Below, piece by piece: positions 32,402-45,283 of a stretch of DNA of 63,954 nucleotides; the first letter of the stretch is position 1; the number at the start of each line of letters is the position of its first letter. A program made the position numbers and the translations under genes. The stretch is taken from assembly GCA_033442325.1 (NCBI GenBank), contig JAWQFM010000011.1, forward strand, positions 616,750 through 680,703. The letters run 5' to 3'. This DNA is from Salpingoeca rosetta. Its lineage: Eukaryota; Protista; Choanoflagellata. The notes under the pieces were generated by a model, which saw nothing but the letters and a program-made list of their open reading frames with translations, searched no databases and was not told the origin of the DNA.

Positions 32402-32402
32402 G
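32299..32402. repeat. (GTT)n/(CAA)n microsatellite upstream of PDZ-PP2C start
   Basis: Read directly from the sequence. Confidence 0.95.
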
Positions 32403-32950
32403 CCAGCGCATCATGTCATGTCACAACACGTCGCACGTCTCCTCTCTCTCCATTTCACATCTCACATGGTGTCATCTCTTCATTGTGTACGTGTTGCTTC
32501 CTCCTTTGCGTGAAAATGAGAAGGGTGAGAGACAGACAGAGAAGACACACGGCAGCCAAGCAAGTGTGCGGTTCCACAATAGGGGGCTGAAACACTGTGA
32601 TTACACGGTGGATAAACTGGTGGTATGAAGAAGAAGAAGAAGAAGAAGAGCAAGCTGCTGCTGATGATGATGATGAGGTGACAGGATAAAGAGGACAAAT
32701 CCAAAACCAAAAGGAAAGCAAGAAAGCAAGCAAGCAAGCAAGCAAGCAAGCAGGACCTGTGCAGCGATCTAATCGAGCGTGACTCCCGTCCCCCTCAACC
32801 CACACACAGTCACAAATACACCCGCCCACTCACACAGTCACAACCACACAACCACACAACCACACACATAAACACAGTCACAAACACACACACACACACA
32901 CACAGAGTCACAAATACACACACACATTCCCCACCCCTCTCTCCTTCCCT

Positions 32951-34233
32951 CTACACTTCGCTGTGATGAATCTCGGAGATAAAGTCGGAGTGGCTATCGT
33001 CGTCCTCGGAGGGCGGCGCGGGCGCGGGCTCAAACATAAACGCATCGTCGTCGTGCTTGCTGGAATCACTCGACACCATCGACGTGGCTGTAGCGGCGCT
33101 GCTGGTGCTCGCCATGGCAGGTCGACTGCCGTTCGCTCCGCCCGGTGTGCTCGCTGCTGGCTCGTGCGGCGTTGTCATATCCACAATCTTCTCCAGGACC
33201 GCGTGTGAGCTGCTGCCGTTCGCGTGCGCACCCTTCTCAGTGGCGTTCGATGCCGTTGATGTTGACGTTGCTGGTGCGGTGGCTGCTGACGGTGCCTTGG
33301 CCGTCGCTGCCATTGCGTCTGCATCAATCTCGACATCGTCGACAACGGAGGAGGACGAGAGGCCCGTATCCAGCACCAGCCGCGGTCGCGGCGTCGTCAT
33401 CACTTCTTGCTTCTGCAAATCAACCCTACATGTGCGTATGTTTGCGTGCGTGCGTGCGTGTGCGTGTGTGTATGTGTGTGCGTGTGTGATGAGAAGACAC
33501 TCACGTCAAGAACAAGCGCTTTGAAATGGACTTGTGAGCACGCAAACCACGGCACCCCAAAGCATGGTGTCCACATGCGCGCAATGTATTTAACGCAGGG
33601 AGCAGCGAGTGCGTACCCAAACGCGGCTGGCTGCTGGCTGTGCTTGCGCGAGCCTGCCGCGGACGACGACCGTGACGACGGAACGGCCGGCGCACCCGCC
33701 TCAAGGTCGTGCAGCGTGCTCTGTTGTGTTGCGCGGGGAGAGGTGGTGGTGGTGGTGGTATTGAGTAGGTGCGGTGGGGGTGGTGGTGGTGGTGGTGGTA
33801 TTGAGTAGGTGCGGTGGGGGTGGTGGTGGTGGTGGTGGTATTGAGTAGGTGCGGTGGGGGTGGATTGAACAAGTTGAAGAAAGCAAAAGATAACGGGGAG
33901 GGATCTATTGCAGCAAGGAGAGGCAAGAAAGAACCGCAGTGCTCACGGCCTTCATGGAACAACAATACATGCGTATGCACTGGCAGCAGGGACGCACACA
34001 TGAAGGCGCATCCGTACACAACCAACACATTGTAGCAGGGAGTATCACGCATCCCACCAGTCCGTTTGTGACGCGCTGGAGGCGGCGCTCAAGAATCAAT
34101 CGCGAGCCCTGGAACATCAGCCTAAGAATGACACACGAGGGACAATCGGGTGATGGTGGTGTACATGGCGTGTGAGGAACGAGGGAGCGTTTTCACACAC
34201 ACTTGCACGTCAGCAAACACTTTCGACTGCAAG

Positions 34234-34288
<55 letters not shown>

Positions 34289-34609
34289 GCACGCACACGC
34301 GTACACAAGTGCTTTTGTGCGGACCTCTCTGCCTGCCATGCTTGCTGGAGATCAAGGATGGCCTGTTTGAGATCATTGCTGGTCTTGCAGTGGGAAAGCA
34401 CATCCGCTTCGGACAAGTGGACGCCATCGCCCACACACTGCCGCAGCCACAACTTGCTGTCCTCTGGTTTGCTCAAGCGTGGGCGCGAGGGTATGACGCG
34501 CGTGTGATGTCGAGTGGGAGCGCGTGCGTGTGTGGGTGCGTGAGAAAGATGACAGCGGAAGATTTCAATGAAAAAAGCACATTCACATTCACAAGTATAG
34601 TCACACACA

Positions 34610-34665
<56 letters not shown>

Positions 34666-35577
34666 GCCGACACACACGGCAGTACGTTACCCCGCCCACG
34701 GTGACTCACCCCTGTCCATGAGGTCATCTTCGCTGGAGGAGGCGGAGGGCGCCTGCTGCCACGACGACACCACGTCCAACACGGCCTTCTCCTTCTGCCG
34801 CTGCCGCAGCGCTTCCACCAGATCCGCCTCGCGCATGCGCAGACGCTGCAGCCGCTGTTGCTGCTCACGTAGGGCCGCCTGTTGGTCATGGTGGTGGTGG
34901 TGGTGGTTAGGCAGAGCGTGACGGGGTGAAGGGGGGGGGGGCGTGTGATGACGTGGAGGGCTGTGAGTGAAGTTGTTGTGACGGTCACGGTGGTTAAGAG
35001 CGTCGTGGCGGTGGTGATGATGATGGTGGTGGTGGTGGTGTGACAGGAAGCAAGGGACGTGCAAATCAATGGCAGTGGCGCTGACCTGCGCCTGGACTTT
35101 CTTCTTGTGCAGAACAAGTCGTTTGTAGTCGGAGGAGAACCGAACGACGAGGGTGATGGTGCCTTCGTTGGCGTTGATGTGCTTCAGCACGTCGGCCACC
35201 CCACATTCGGTGCATTTCGCCCCATCAACCTCCAGCACCTCGTCCCCTGGCACAGCAAAGGCACATGTAAGGGCGTGCGAGTGTGTATGCAGGTCAACAT
35301 CACGACCAAGCGTGCAATGAACAAACCTCCAAGCAAACAGGCGAGCAAGTAAGCAAACATGGAGAAGAGCCAATGACGTGCAGGAGCTTGTAATATATGT
35401 GTGTGTTTGTGTTTGTGTGTGTGTGCATGCGTACCAACTCGGACGCCTGCTTTGTCGGCGACGCTGTTGTCCTCGACCGCTGACACGAACGTGGCCGTTT
35501 TCGGCACCGCGGGCTGGTGGAGTGGAGCAGAGGTGGTGGTGGTGGTGGTGGTAGAATGGCAGCATGCACGTGAGAAC

Positions 35578-35646
<69 letters not shown>

Positions 35647-36919
35647 GTGTGTGTGTGTGCTGACCTGTGGGATGCGGCCGCGTGTGTTGCGCTGCGGGAC
35701 GAGGAGCGTTGTCAGGTCCGCCCCAAGTGGCATGCCGGGCTCCGTGCGCACGAGGAAGAGCGTGCGTGTCGGCATTGCTGACGCGTGTACCTCACGGCGG
35801 CGGCGGGTCGTCTGCCGCCTGTGTTGTGTTTTTTTTTTTTTTTTTTTTTGGGGGGGGGGCAGTGAAGTGGAGGGGTGGGAAGAGATGTGAGAAGTGGTGG
35901 TGGTGAATACTACTAATGGTGGTGGTGGTCATGTTAGTGCTGGCAACAGAGATGCTTCTGGCTGGCAGGAATGTCATGTAATTGGTGGGGAGGGGAGAGA
36001 AATGGCACGTGGGTGACAGTGGGAGAAGTGGTTTGGTGCTTACCGGTGCCAGCGAACAGAGAGCGAGTGGTGGTTGCGCATATTCCCCACTGCCGCTCTA
36101 TAGCAGCGCGATTTGTAGGGAGACGGGGAGGGGGAGGCGACAAGCGGGAAGTGGGTGAGTCACACGTGTTTAGTAATACCGCTTTGCAAGTGCGGACATG
36201 CACACATACAGACACGCAGATACACGCACACACACGCACACGCACACACACACACAGGTACACACAGACACACAAGATACAAGACAGACACACACGCAGA
36301 CACAGACACAATCAGGACGCACGGCTTGATGGAGCTGTCGAGGGACATGGCGCGATCAGACCGCTGCTGCTCCGAGCCGGCAACGCCGTCAGATGTCAGC
36401 ATGTCCAACACGGTGGACGGTGCATCGTTGTCGCCGCCACCGCCGCTCTTGTCGTTGTTTGATGGCTCAGTTGCAGTTGCTGCGGCCTGGTCTGCTTGGT
36501 CTGCCTGGCTGTCCTCTGGCAACTGCGGCAGCGCTGCGCCATTGGTGCTGTTCTCGGCGGCCTCGTCCATGGCGTCCAACTCGGCATCCGGTGCCCACGC
36601 CTCCGCGTCCTCCTTGTGTTCCGTTGCCGCAAGATCTGCAAACGCCATGCGACACACGAGCACATTCTCGCGATCCTCCAGCTCCTGCTTCTTGGCGCGA
36701 AACCGCGACAGCTCGCTCTATGCAACGAACGGCGAGGGGAGGTCAACTACGTGAGGTCCATTCGAAAGGTGTGATTGTACAACGGGGAGAGGCGCTGAGG
36801 CGCCCCGCGTGAACGCAATCTCATGCCCATATATCAGGCAAGGTGAAACGACCAAACATACCCGCAGATACTGCAGGCGATCGAAGCTGGCCCGGGCTTG
36901 AGGATGGCTCTGTCACCAT

Positions 36920-36983
<64 letters not shown>

Positions 36984-37529
36984 GCACAGTGAGCGCTGAC
37001 AAAGTGCATGACCAAACAACCCTGCAAAGTAGCGCATAGAAGACATACCGCGAGGCGTTCATTCAAACACCACAGCACTTACCGGCAGCGACTTGTCATC
37101 ACTCCATGCTTCTGTTCAACCCAACACACACCAGCATGCAGTGATGGCAAGGTCTGGTCAGCATCCACGCACATATGTACGCACGCACACACAAACACAC
37201 ACACACTCTGTGTGTGTCTCTCGTACACGTACACACACGTACATGCACGCACACAAACACACACATGCGCGCACACGAACACACACACACACACATGCGC
37301 GCACACGAACACACACACACACACACGCACACACACACACGAACACACACACACGAACACACACACACGAACACATGCAGGAACACCACCCCACAAAACA
37401 CGACTCACCGCGTTTCACTTTGACAGGTACACTGAGGGTGCCCACCCTCTTGACTTCTGGCTGCTGCGTCTTGACATCCTTTGCTCGCGTGAACGTGCGA
37501 CGCAACTTCTGCAGCGGCCGGTCCCCCAT
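32951..37529 (-). CDS. PDZ + coiled-coil scaffold, tamalin(GRASP)/CYTIP-like; ends in class I PDZ-binding motif HSEV
   Basis: PDZ: [19 protein letters not shown]|GDEVLEVDG...[18 protein letters not shown]. It is followed directly by a coiled coil ([13 protein letters not shown]|[21 protein letters not shown]). ATG at 37529, stop at 32951; some internal exons are approximate. Confidence 0.75.
33742..33863. repeat. About 40-bp G-rich minisatellite x3 (GGT..GGTATTGAGTAGGTGCGGTGGGGGT), intronic
   Basis: Three direct tandem copies. Confidence 0.9.
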
Positions 37530-37970
37530 GGCGGTGTCAGATTGACGTGAAGAGAGCGCAGACGGCAAACAAGTGAACGAGACAGCAAGCGAGCGAGCGA
37601 GAGCGCGCGGGTGGTGCACACACAGGCAGGTGGGTGGTGGTGGGAAGAAAGGACAAGCGAACGACGCGACGACAGCAAGGCACAACACCGTCGAATAGTG
37701 GCTGTAGATATACCACAATTTTCTTCACTGCCTGTTTTGCGAAGCGCGAACCGCAGCCGTGCACCAACCAACCAACCGAGGACAGCAGAGACGCACTCTG
37801 TCCACCAACGAACGAACAAACGAGCTACACCAAGCCACCACCCAGTCAGGCCTTTCCCTGCTACTCTTGTTCTTGTTCTTGTTCTTGTTCTGGGTTCTGG
37901 GTTCTGGGTTGTCTTTCTGGTTCTTGTTCTGTTGTTCTTGGGCGAGCGCACGTCTCTGTGTTGCATCAAC

Positions 37971-38796
37971 ATGCCATACCAAAAGCGTGGCGGTGGCCGT
38001 GGAGGCGGGGATGGAAGGCAGCAACAGCAGAAGCAGGATTCACAGCACCTCGGAGATGGCTTCGACCAGGGACCCGGCCCGCATGGCGGGCACGGCGGCG
38101 GTGGCCGATCTGGTGGCCACTTGAGCGAGCAAGCGCTAATCACGCTCATTCAAGACATCCAAGACTTGCGCAAGCGCGAAGACGCCATGGCCACCTTGAG
38201 GTATGTGGTATCAGGCGAGGTGGCGCGCGAAGGGACGGCTCATGCTGTACTTGTGGCTGTCCACGTATGATATGTGCTTGTTTGTTCTCTTGCTTGTGTG
38301 TGTGTGTGTGGTTGTTTGTCTCTTGCTTGTGTGTGCGCTTGTTTGTGCGTGCGTGTGTGACGTTTTTCGTCTTTGTATGAAGGTGTGTAGACGTGCATTT
38401 CTTCCAATACGGCCACTGCGCTTTTCCGGGTTCGCATCTGCTTGGTAACGTCTCGGCTCACACACCTATGAACATGTGGGTGACGCGCGTGTGTGGTTTG
38501 TGTGCTCTCGTTCAGCAAACACCGCGACTCTGTGAAGAAGCTTGCGGTGCTGCTGTGGCACTCGTTTGGCATTATTCCCATCCTGGTGGACGAAGTCATC
38601 TCTGTGTACGAGCACCTGTGCCCCGAAGAAGGGTTGCAGGTGCGTGAATGAATGCCTTGCATTGATGGCACTTATCACAGTGACAGCAGCAAGCACCACA
38701 CAAGTGTGCTTGCACTTGCGTGCGTGTTTTCTGAACGCATACGGCTCCCGTCCCATCCCGCCCTCGCTTCATCTTGCTGCCCCTCTTGTCACTGTC

Positions 38797-38884
<88 letters not shown>

Positions 38885-39938
38885 GCACGCACACCACGTG
38901 CGTGCCCTGTCAGATCTGATTACGCACGCACACCACGTGCTTGCGGTGTCCAACCCGCGTGTGCAATGCGCTCGCACTCCTGCAGTGCACCGCCTCCAGT
39001 CCCCGAGACCCGCACTCCTGCAGTGCACCGCCTCCAGTCCCGAGACCCGCGGCCTTTTCCTTGCCGGTGAGCGTGCCATGCGCATGCCATGCCTCGTGTC
39101 TCCTTTTGAGCGCGGCGTCGTCGCAACTGCTTGCACTTGGTTGCGTGCGTGTGTGTTCTTCAGCTATGCTTTCAGGCATTATTGGCTCTTGCCACCAACA
39201 TTCCGCGCGAACGCACGCACGGTCACCCGCACGCACGCTGACACACTCCCACGCTTCCAAACATGTGCTCCCCCCCCCACTGCACAGCGCAACTGNNNNN
39301 NNNNNNNNNNNNNNNNNNNNNNNNNNNNNNNNNNNNNNNNNNNNNNNNNNNNNNNNNNNNNNNNNNNNNNNNNNNNNNNNNNNNNNNNNNNNNNNNNNNN
39401 NNNNNNNNNNNNNNNNNNNNNNNNNNNNNNNNNNNNNNNNNNNNNNNNNNNNNNNNNNNNNNNNNNNNNNNNNNNNNNNNNNNNNNNNNNNNNNNNNNNN
39501 NNNNNNNNNNNNNNNNNNNNNNNNNNNNNNNNNNNNNNNNNNNNNNNNNNNNNNNNNNNNNNNNNNNNNNNNNNNNNNNNNNNNNNNNNNNNNNNNNNNN
39601 NNNNNNNNNNNNNNNNNNNNNNNNNNNNNNNNNNNNNNNNNNNNNNNNNNNNNNNNNNNNNNNNNNCTCACGCGTGGACAACGAACCGTCCTCGCGCTTA
39701 CCATGATTAATACCACACAACAACACACCACCACCACACCACCTTCTTCATCACGATTGCGCCATGCAGAGCCCGATGGTGCACGCGTTGGCACAGAGCC
39801 CCTCTGGTCGCCTCCTCAAGCACGTTGTCCGCTGCTACCACCGCCTCTCAGACAACCCAAGGTGTGACAAATGGATTTTTTTTTCGCGCACGTGTGTGTG
39901 TGTGTGTGTATATATGTGTGCTTATATGTGTGACACAG

Positions 39939-39986
<48 letters not shown>

Positions 39987-40538
39987 TGTGTGTGTGTGTG
40001 TGTGTGGGTGTGTGTGTGGGTGTGTGTGGGTGTGGGTTTGTGTGCGATTAGTGATATGCTCTACACAGGCACAGCCAAAATCAGACACCAACACCGCCTG
40101 CGAAGTACATCTCTCCTCACCCATACTTCAACATCCACCGCCGCCACCGTCAACCACAGGGCGCGGGATGCGCTGCGCTCGTGTCTGCCCGACAAGCTCA
40201 GGGACGGGACCATCGAGAACACACTCAGGGTGAGCTCCCCTGCGTGACGTGTGCGTGTATGTCTGCGGGTGACTGTTCTGTGTCACTTCTTTGCTCGTGT
40301 GCGCGCGTACACTGCACAATAGCCAGCCAAGTACGAACGCCCTCTTCTTCCCCAAGGCGCCCTCACCCACCCCCACCCCCACTTTGATGTTTTCCAAATG
40401 CCGTTGCTTGTCCCTCGCGATCAGTCCCAGAAGGATGAGCAGACGCTGGCTTTTCTGCAGAAGTTGCTTGTGAACCTTGGGCTTGCCAGCCCCTCAACGG
40501 TGCCCGCCCTCCCAACGCAGCAGCAACAGGCCCAGTAG
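37971..40538 (+). CDS. CNOT9: CCR4-NOT subunit 9 (Rcd1/CAF40); middle exons lost in the gap
   Basis: REDAMATLS|[27 protein letters not shown]; [21 protein letters not shown]|[17 protein letters not shown]; stop TAG 40536-40538. Confidence 0.95.
39296..39666. other. Assembly gap inside CNOT9
   Basis: N run. Confidence 1.
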
Positions 40539-41647
40539 AGTCGGGCATGAGTATGATCGAAGACAGTGAACTCGGTACACCTAGCAGCCCGTCAGCAGCA
40601 TCCCTTCTTCCCCTTCCCTGTTCCTTCCTCCCCCCCTTCCCCTCTCTCTTCCTTCCTTCCTCCCTTCCTTGTTTCAACCACTTGTACTATGGGTTTGAGG
40701 CTTCCTTCTCCACCAGTAGTGCCTCTTCCACCCCTTGCACAACCAAACACACCCAATCCAGCGCCATTGACAGGAATAATGATCTCTCTCTTTTTGCTAT
40801 GGTTTGAACGCAGCTTGTATGAAAAACGGTCTCTCTTCTCTTCCGTGTTTCCTGTCGTTGCTGATGCAACTTGTGTGTGTGTTTCATCTCTGTCCGTGTC
40901 CTTCTATCGGACTGCAGCTGCCACGTACACTTCTTCACCACTCTTTTCCTTCTCTTCCCCTCTCGGTTTTGCCTCCCCCCCTCTCTCTTTCCTCTTTCCC
41001 TCTTCGTCTATTGTTGCTTCGCTTTGTAATGGGATTACACTAATTTGTCGCAGCGGTATGCTGCATCCATGCCGGTGCCCGCGCTGCTTGCATGCAACCC
41101 TGCTGCCTCCAGGCAGCGCTGTTACCACCACATTGCCCGCTCGCTTGCATGGGCGTGTGTGTGTGTCTGCTGCGTATTTGTGCCTGTGTATGTATGTGTC
41201 TACAAATGTCTGCACCTGTTTCTGTGTGTATGTCTTGTTCTCTTTGCCCTGTTGTTGTCCCCTTTGCTGTGGCCCTGGCTCGTTCCCCGCCACAAGGGCC
41301 ACCTCCCTCCCGCTGCCTTCCAGCGTGCTAACGATGGCTGCATGCACTCACACGCCGTGCGCGCGCGTGTGTGTGCGTGTGTGTGTGCCTTCGTGGTTTG
41401 AGGGGGACTTTGTTATTGGTCGTTGCCAATAAAGCAAACATAACGTCGTGTGATGGGACACACGTCGCGGTTGCGTCGGGCACATCCGTGCTTATGTGTG
41501 TGTGTGTGTGTGTGTGTGTGGGGGTGTGTGTGTGTGTGTGTGTGTGTGTCAAGTAGGGGGGGGGGAGGCATGGATAACGTGCGACGTACGCAATGCTTGT
41601 TAAGTGGGTGAGTGTGAGTGAGTGTGAGTGAGTGAGTGTGTCCGCAT

Positions 41648-43741
41648 TCAGGAGATGAGGACGGCAGCAGAGGCATAACTGACGCTGCTGTCACGGGTGG
41701 ACTTGCACGGGTTGGACTGGGCATAGTGCAGGAACTTGACCTCCTTCTGGCGATCCTTGAGCACTTGCAGCGCCTGACGAAGAAGATCAGGCAAGGTGGC
41801 AGCGACGTGGTGTGAGCTGCACTCACACACACACACACACGCATCGATGCAAAGCAACAGGATCAAGCAACAGGCAAAGATGCACCGGGAGGACACAAGA
41901 GGGGCGGGGTGGGCAACAGAGCAGTCGTGCTTTGTCATACGCACATCACACCGCACGCAGCACAGCACAACATACGTTGAGGAGGATGGAGATTGGGTTA
42001 CGGCCACAAATGGTGTTCTCGCACTCCTGGAGGTATGCGCGGAACCCCTTGGCGTCCTGCTTCTCGATAATGTCCATCCCCTGAGCATGGGCAGTGGCGA
42101 CGTGGAAAAGGACCAGCAACAGTGCGCATGAGACTCATCGCACATGCTTTGCACGCATGTGCGCATACTTTGACACACACACACACTCTCTCTCTCTCTC
42201 ATTGGTACGCACAGACACACAGACACACACAGACACACACAGACACACACAGACACACACGCACGCACAAACTCGCCTGCTTGTCGAGGTGCTCGATGCC
42301 CTTGTAAATGGCGTCGTGCCCCGGCGGTACATATGTGTAGCCGAAGCGGCGGCCCCAGTGACAAAAGTCGGAGCTGATGACAAAGAGGTTGCTTGGATCC
42401 TCCAGATACGGTGCAAAGATCTTGCCGTACTCTTGCTCGAGCTTGCTGTCCAGGGCGCCAACAAGCACGGGCACAACCGTAAAGTCCTTGCCCTCCATCA
42501 CCTGCGCATGAGAGAGAGAGAGAGTGTGTGTGTGTGTGTGTGCATACGTGTGTGTGTGTTCGGTTGCACTGTGTTGCGAGATGGTGTGTCACGCAGCTTT
42601 GAGGCACTCATGTGCACGCACACAGAAACACACGCATCCATGCCCTCATGCACGACCACAACCACAGCACCTTGGCAACGTATGGCAGGTGCATCTCAAT
42701 GCTGTGCTCATCCTCATCAGTTTGAATGTCCATCTGCAAGGGGACAAGACAAGGAAGGAGCATCAGCAACTGCAAGCACACTGGAAGAGAGCACACGCAC
42801 CATCAAGAACACACACGCACACGCGCAAACACCCACACCTACACATGGCGATACAGCCTGCAGCAGCTACACGCGTACGTGTTCAAACTGGCCGGTTGCC
42901 TCGAGGTCTTTGTTTGTGTCCCTGTCAATCTTGAGGTTGCCGATGGGCGTGTCGTATGTTGTGGTCGACGTCAGTGCACAGCCTTGGATGTACACATGAT
43001 GCGACGGCCCGAGCACGAACACCCGGCGCACATTGTCTGGGACAATCTGCGTGCATGTCATGTGTGCATGCATCAGTGAGCGCACGTGATTGGTTCAGCG
43101 CGCAAGTGAGCGTCAGAAGAGGAGGCGGGATTATCCGCGAATGTGTCACAACGAGAACAGGGACAAAACTCGACTGTTTCCAAACCCTTGAGGTACGCGC
43201 CATGAACACTGCAGACAAGCAAAGCCGCTTTCAGGCACAAAGTGACTTATTCACCCAAGCACACACACACACACACTCTCTCTCTCACCCATGCACTCAC
43301 GCAAGCCCAAGCACACACACACACACACACACCTGTTTGTAGGCGTAGGCTGCTGTTGGGCCGGAATAGGAGTAGCCGGCGTGAGGGGCGATGATGGCAC
43401 GAGCGCCAGGCATGATGGCTTCTCCAACTTTTCCAAGCCAAGCGTCCAGTTGTCCAGACAGCTCTTTGCCTATCCTCCACCAACCGATCACCACATGAGT
43501 ACAAGCGCAGCAATCACCCCCGTGAACGCACGGCTCATGTCCCAAATACAAACAAACGCAACAGTCGCAACAAACGAAGTGGCCACCAAACACAAACACA
43601 GCAATTGCCAACAAACCTCCACACAACGACACCGTGCCACACATGCATTCAAAGGTACCACAGGTGAGAGGCCATGCATGTGCACATACCATCGTCTGTG
43701 TACCAGCTCCCAGCGTGCGTGGCACGGCGGTGCGCGCTCAT
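41648..43741 (-). CDS. MEMO1: MEMO1 (mediator of ErbB2-driven cell motility) homologue
   Basis: [73 protein letters not shown]. Confidence 0.97.
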
Positions 43742-44164
43742 CTTCGTGTGGTTGATGGTCTGGATTGGTCGGTTGGTTGGTGCGATTGCTTCTGGCGGCT
43801 GCTGCTGGTGATTGTTGGGTGTGTCAGCAAGTTCTTGATGTAGATAATTGAACAAAGACTTCATTGGAAATTCAAGCCAAACAAGAGGAAGGAGGACACC
43901 CGAATCGTCATCATGCCATGCAAGAGTGACGCCACAGCGTGTGTAACAGAACCACGAACCACAACAACCATCTCAAGAACGCCCGTTCACTCCACTGGCC
44001 ACTGGTGGCTGTGAGCTTCCACAACACGTAACCTATGCACACACACACACACACACCCGCCCCCGAAAACGTGTGCCACGCATGAAGGTGTACATTCATT
44101 TTCCCCACGTGCTGATGTGATACGGCCTTTCAAAGGAAGAAGGGAGCAACCCTTGCCAGCCAGC

Positions 44165-45213
44165 ATGAGTGACAAAGGTGAGTCAGGCAGTGCCACTGGC
44201 CTCAAGGTCGTGTTTTCGTGCATGTGCGTGCGTTTTGGTGCGTCTGTCTGAGCGGTGGAAATGCGATCGAGTTAAGTAAGAGAGGAGAGGCGGTGGGTTC
44301 GACTGCTTTTCATGATGCCCAAACCACTGTGCGTCTGCGCAGACGCACGTGACGCTGAAGTCTCGCAGGTCCACGAGGACGACAGCAACAACGATGACTC
44401 CCAACAAGCACCGACTATGAAGCCCGTGGGCTACTTTGAGCTGTACCGTTTCGCTGACGCACTCGTGAGTCCACAACCCAAACCCTGTATGTGTGTATGT
44501 GTGTGTGTGTGTGTGGTTGGTGGAAGGCCCGTGACGTGATGCTCAATCAACTGGCTCGCTGGCTCACTTCCACTGGCATTGCTCGCTTACCACTCGTTAG
44601 GACTGGGTTTTCATCGTCGTTGGATCCATTTGCGCACTCGTCCATGGCAGCCTCACCCCAGCATTTGTCGTGTTTTTTGGAGACGTACGTGCAGGGGTCG
44701 TGAGAGAGGACCAGTGCAAGCCCAGTTTCCTGAAACCACACACACGCACAAGGTTGTGCGCAAAACGCGCATGATCGAAACGCGCACTAACAAAGCATCA
44801 CACACGGTCATCAAAACAAACATACTGCACATGCGCAGGTCATTGACAGCTTCAGCGCCACCGCAGACCAGAGTAAGCTACTGGACAGCGTGGCAGACGC
44901 CAGTGTGATCATCATGTACTTGTCCTGCGGAGCTGCTGTGACCTCGTACGTGCAAGTGGCGGCGTTCACGCTGGCCGCTGAGCGCCAGAGCCTGCGCATC
45001 CGCAAGCTGTACTTCAAGGCCCTCGTGCGCCAGGAGATGGCCTGGTACGACCAGCAGAAGACCGGCGCCCTCTCCTCCCGCATCTCCAGCGACGTTCCCC
45101 AGATCCAAGAGGCGCTCGGCGACAAGGTCGCCAGCTTCCTCCAGTTCCTCGGCATGTTCCTCGGTAAGCAACGCGCTGTGCTTGCGTGCTTGCGGTGTGT
45201 GTGTGTGTGTGTC

Positions 45214-45283
<70 letters not shown>

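Noticed and set aside
40566-41432. 288-aa plus-strand ORF after CNOT9
   Set aside because: Pyrimidine-rich low-complexity 3'UTR/intergenic sequence with no domain signal.
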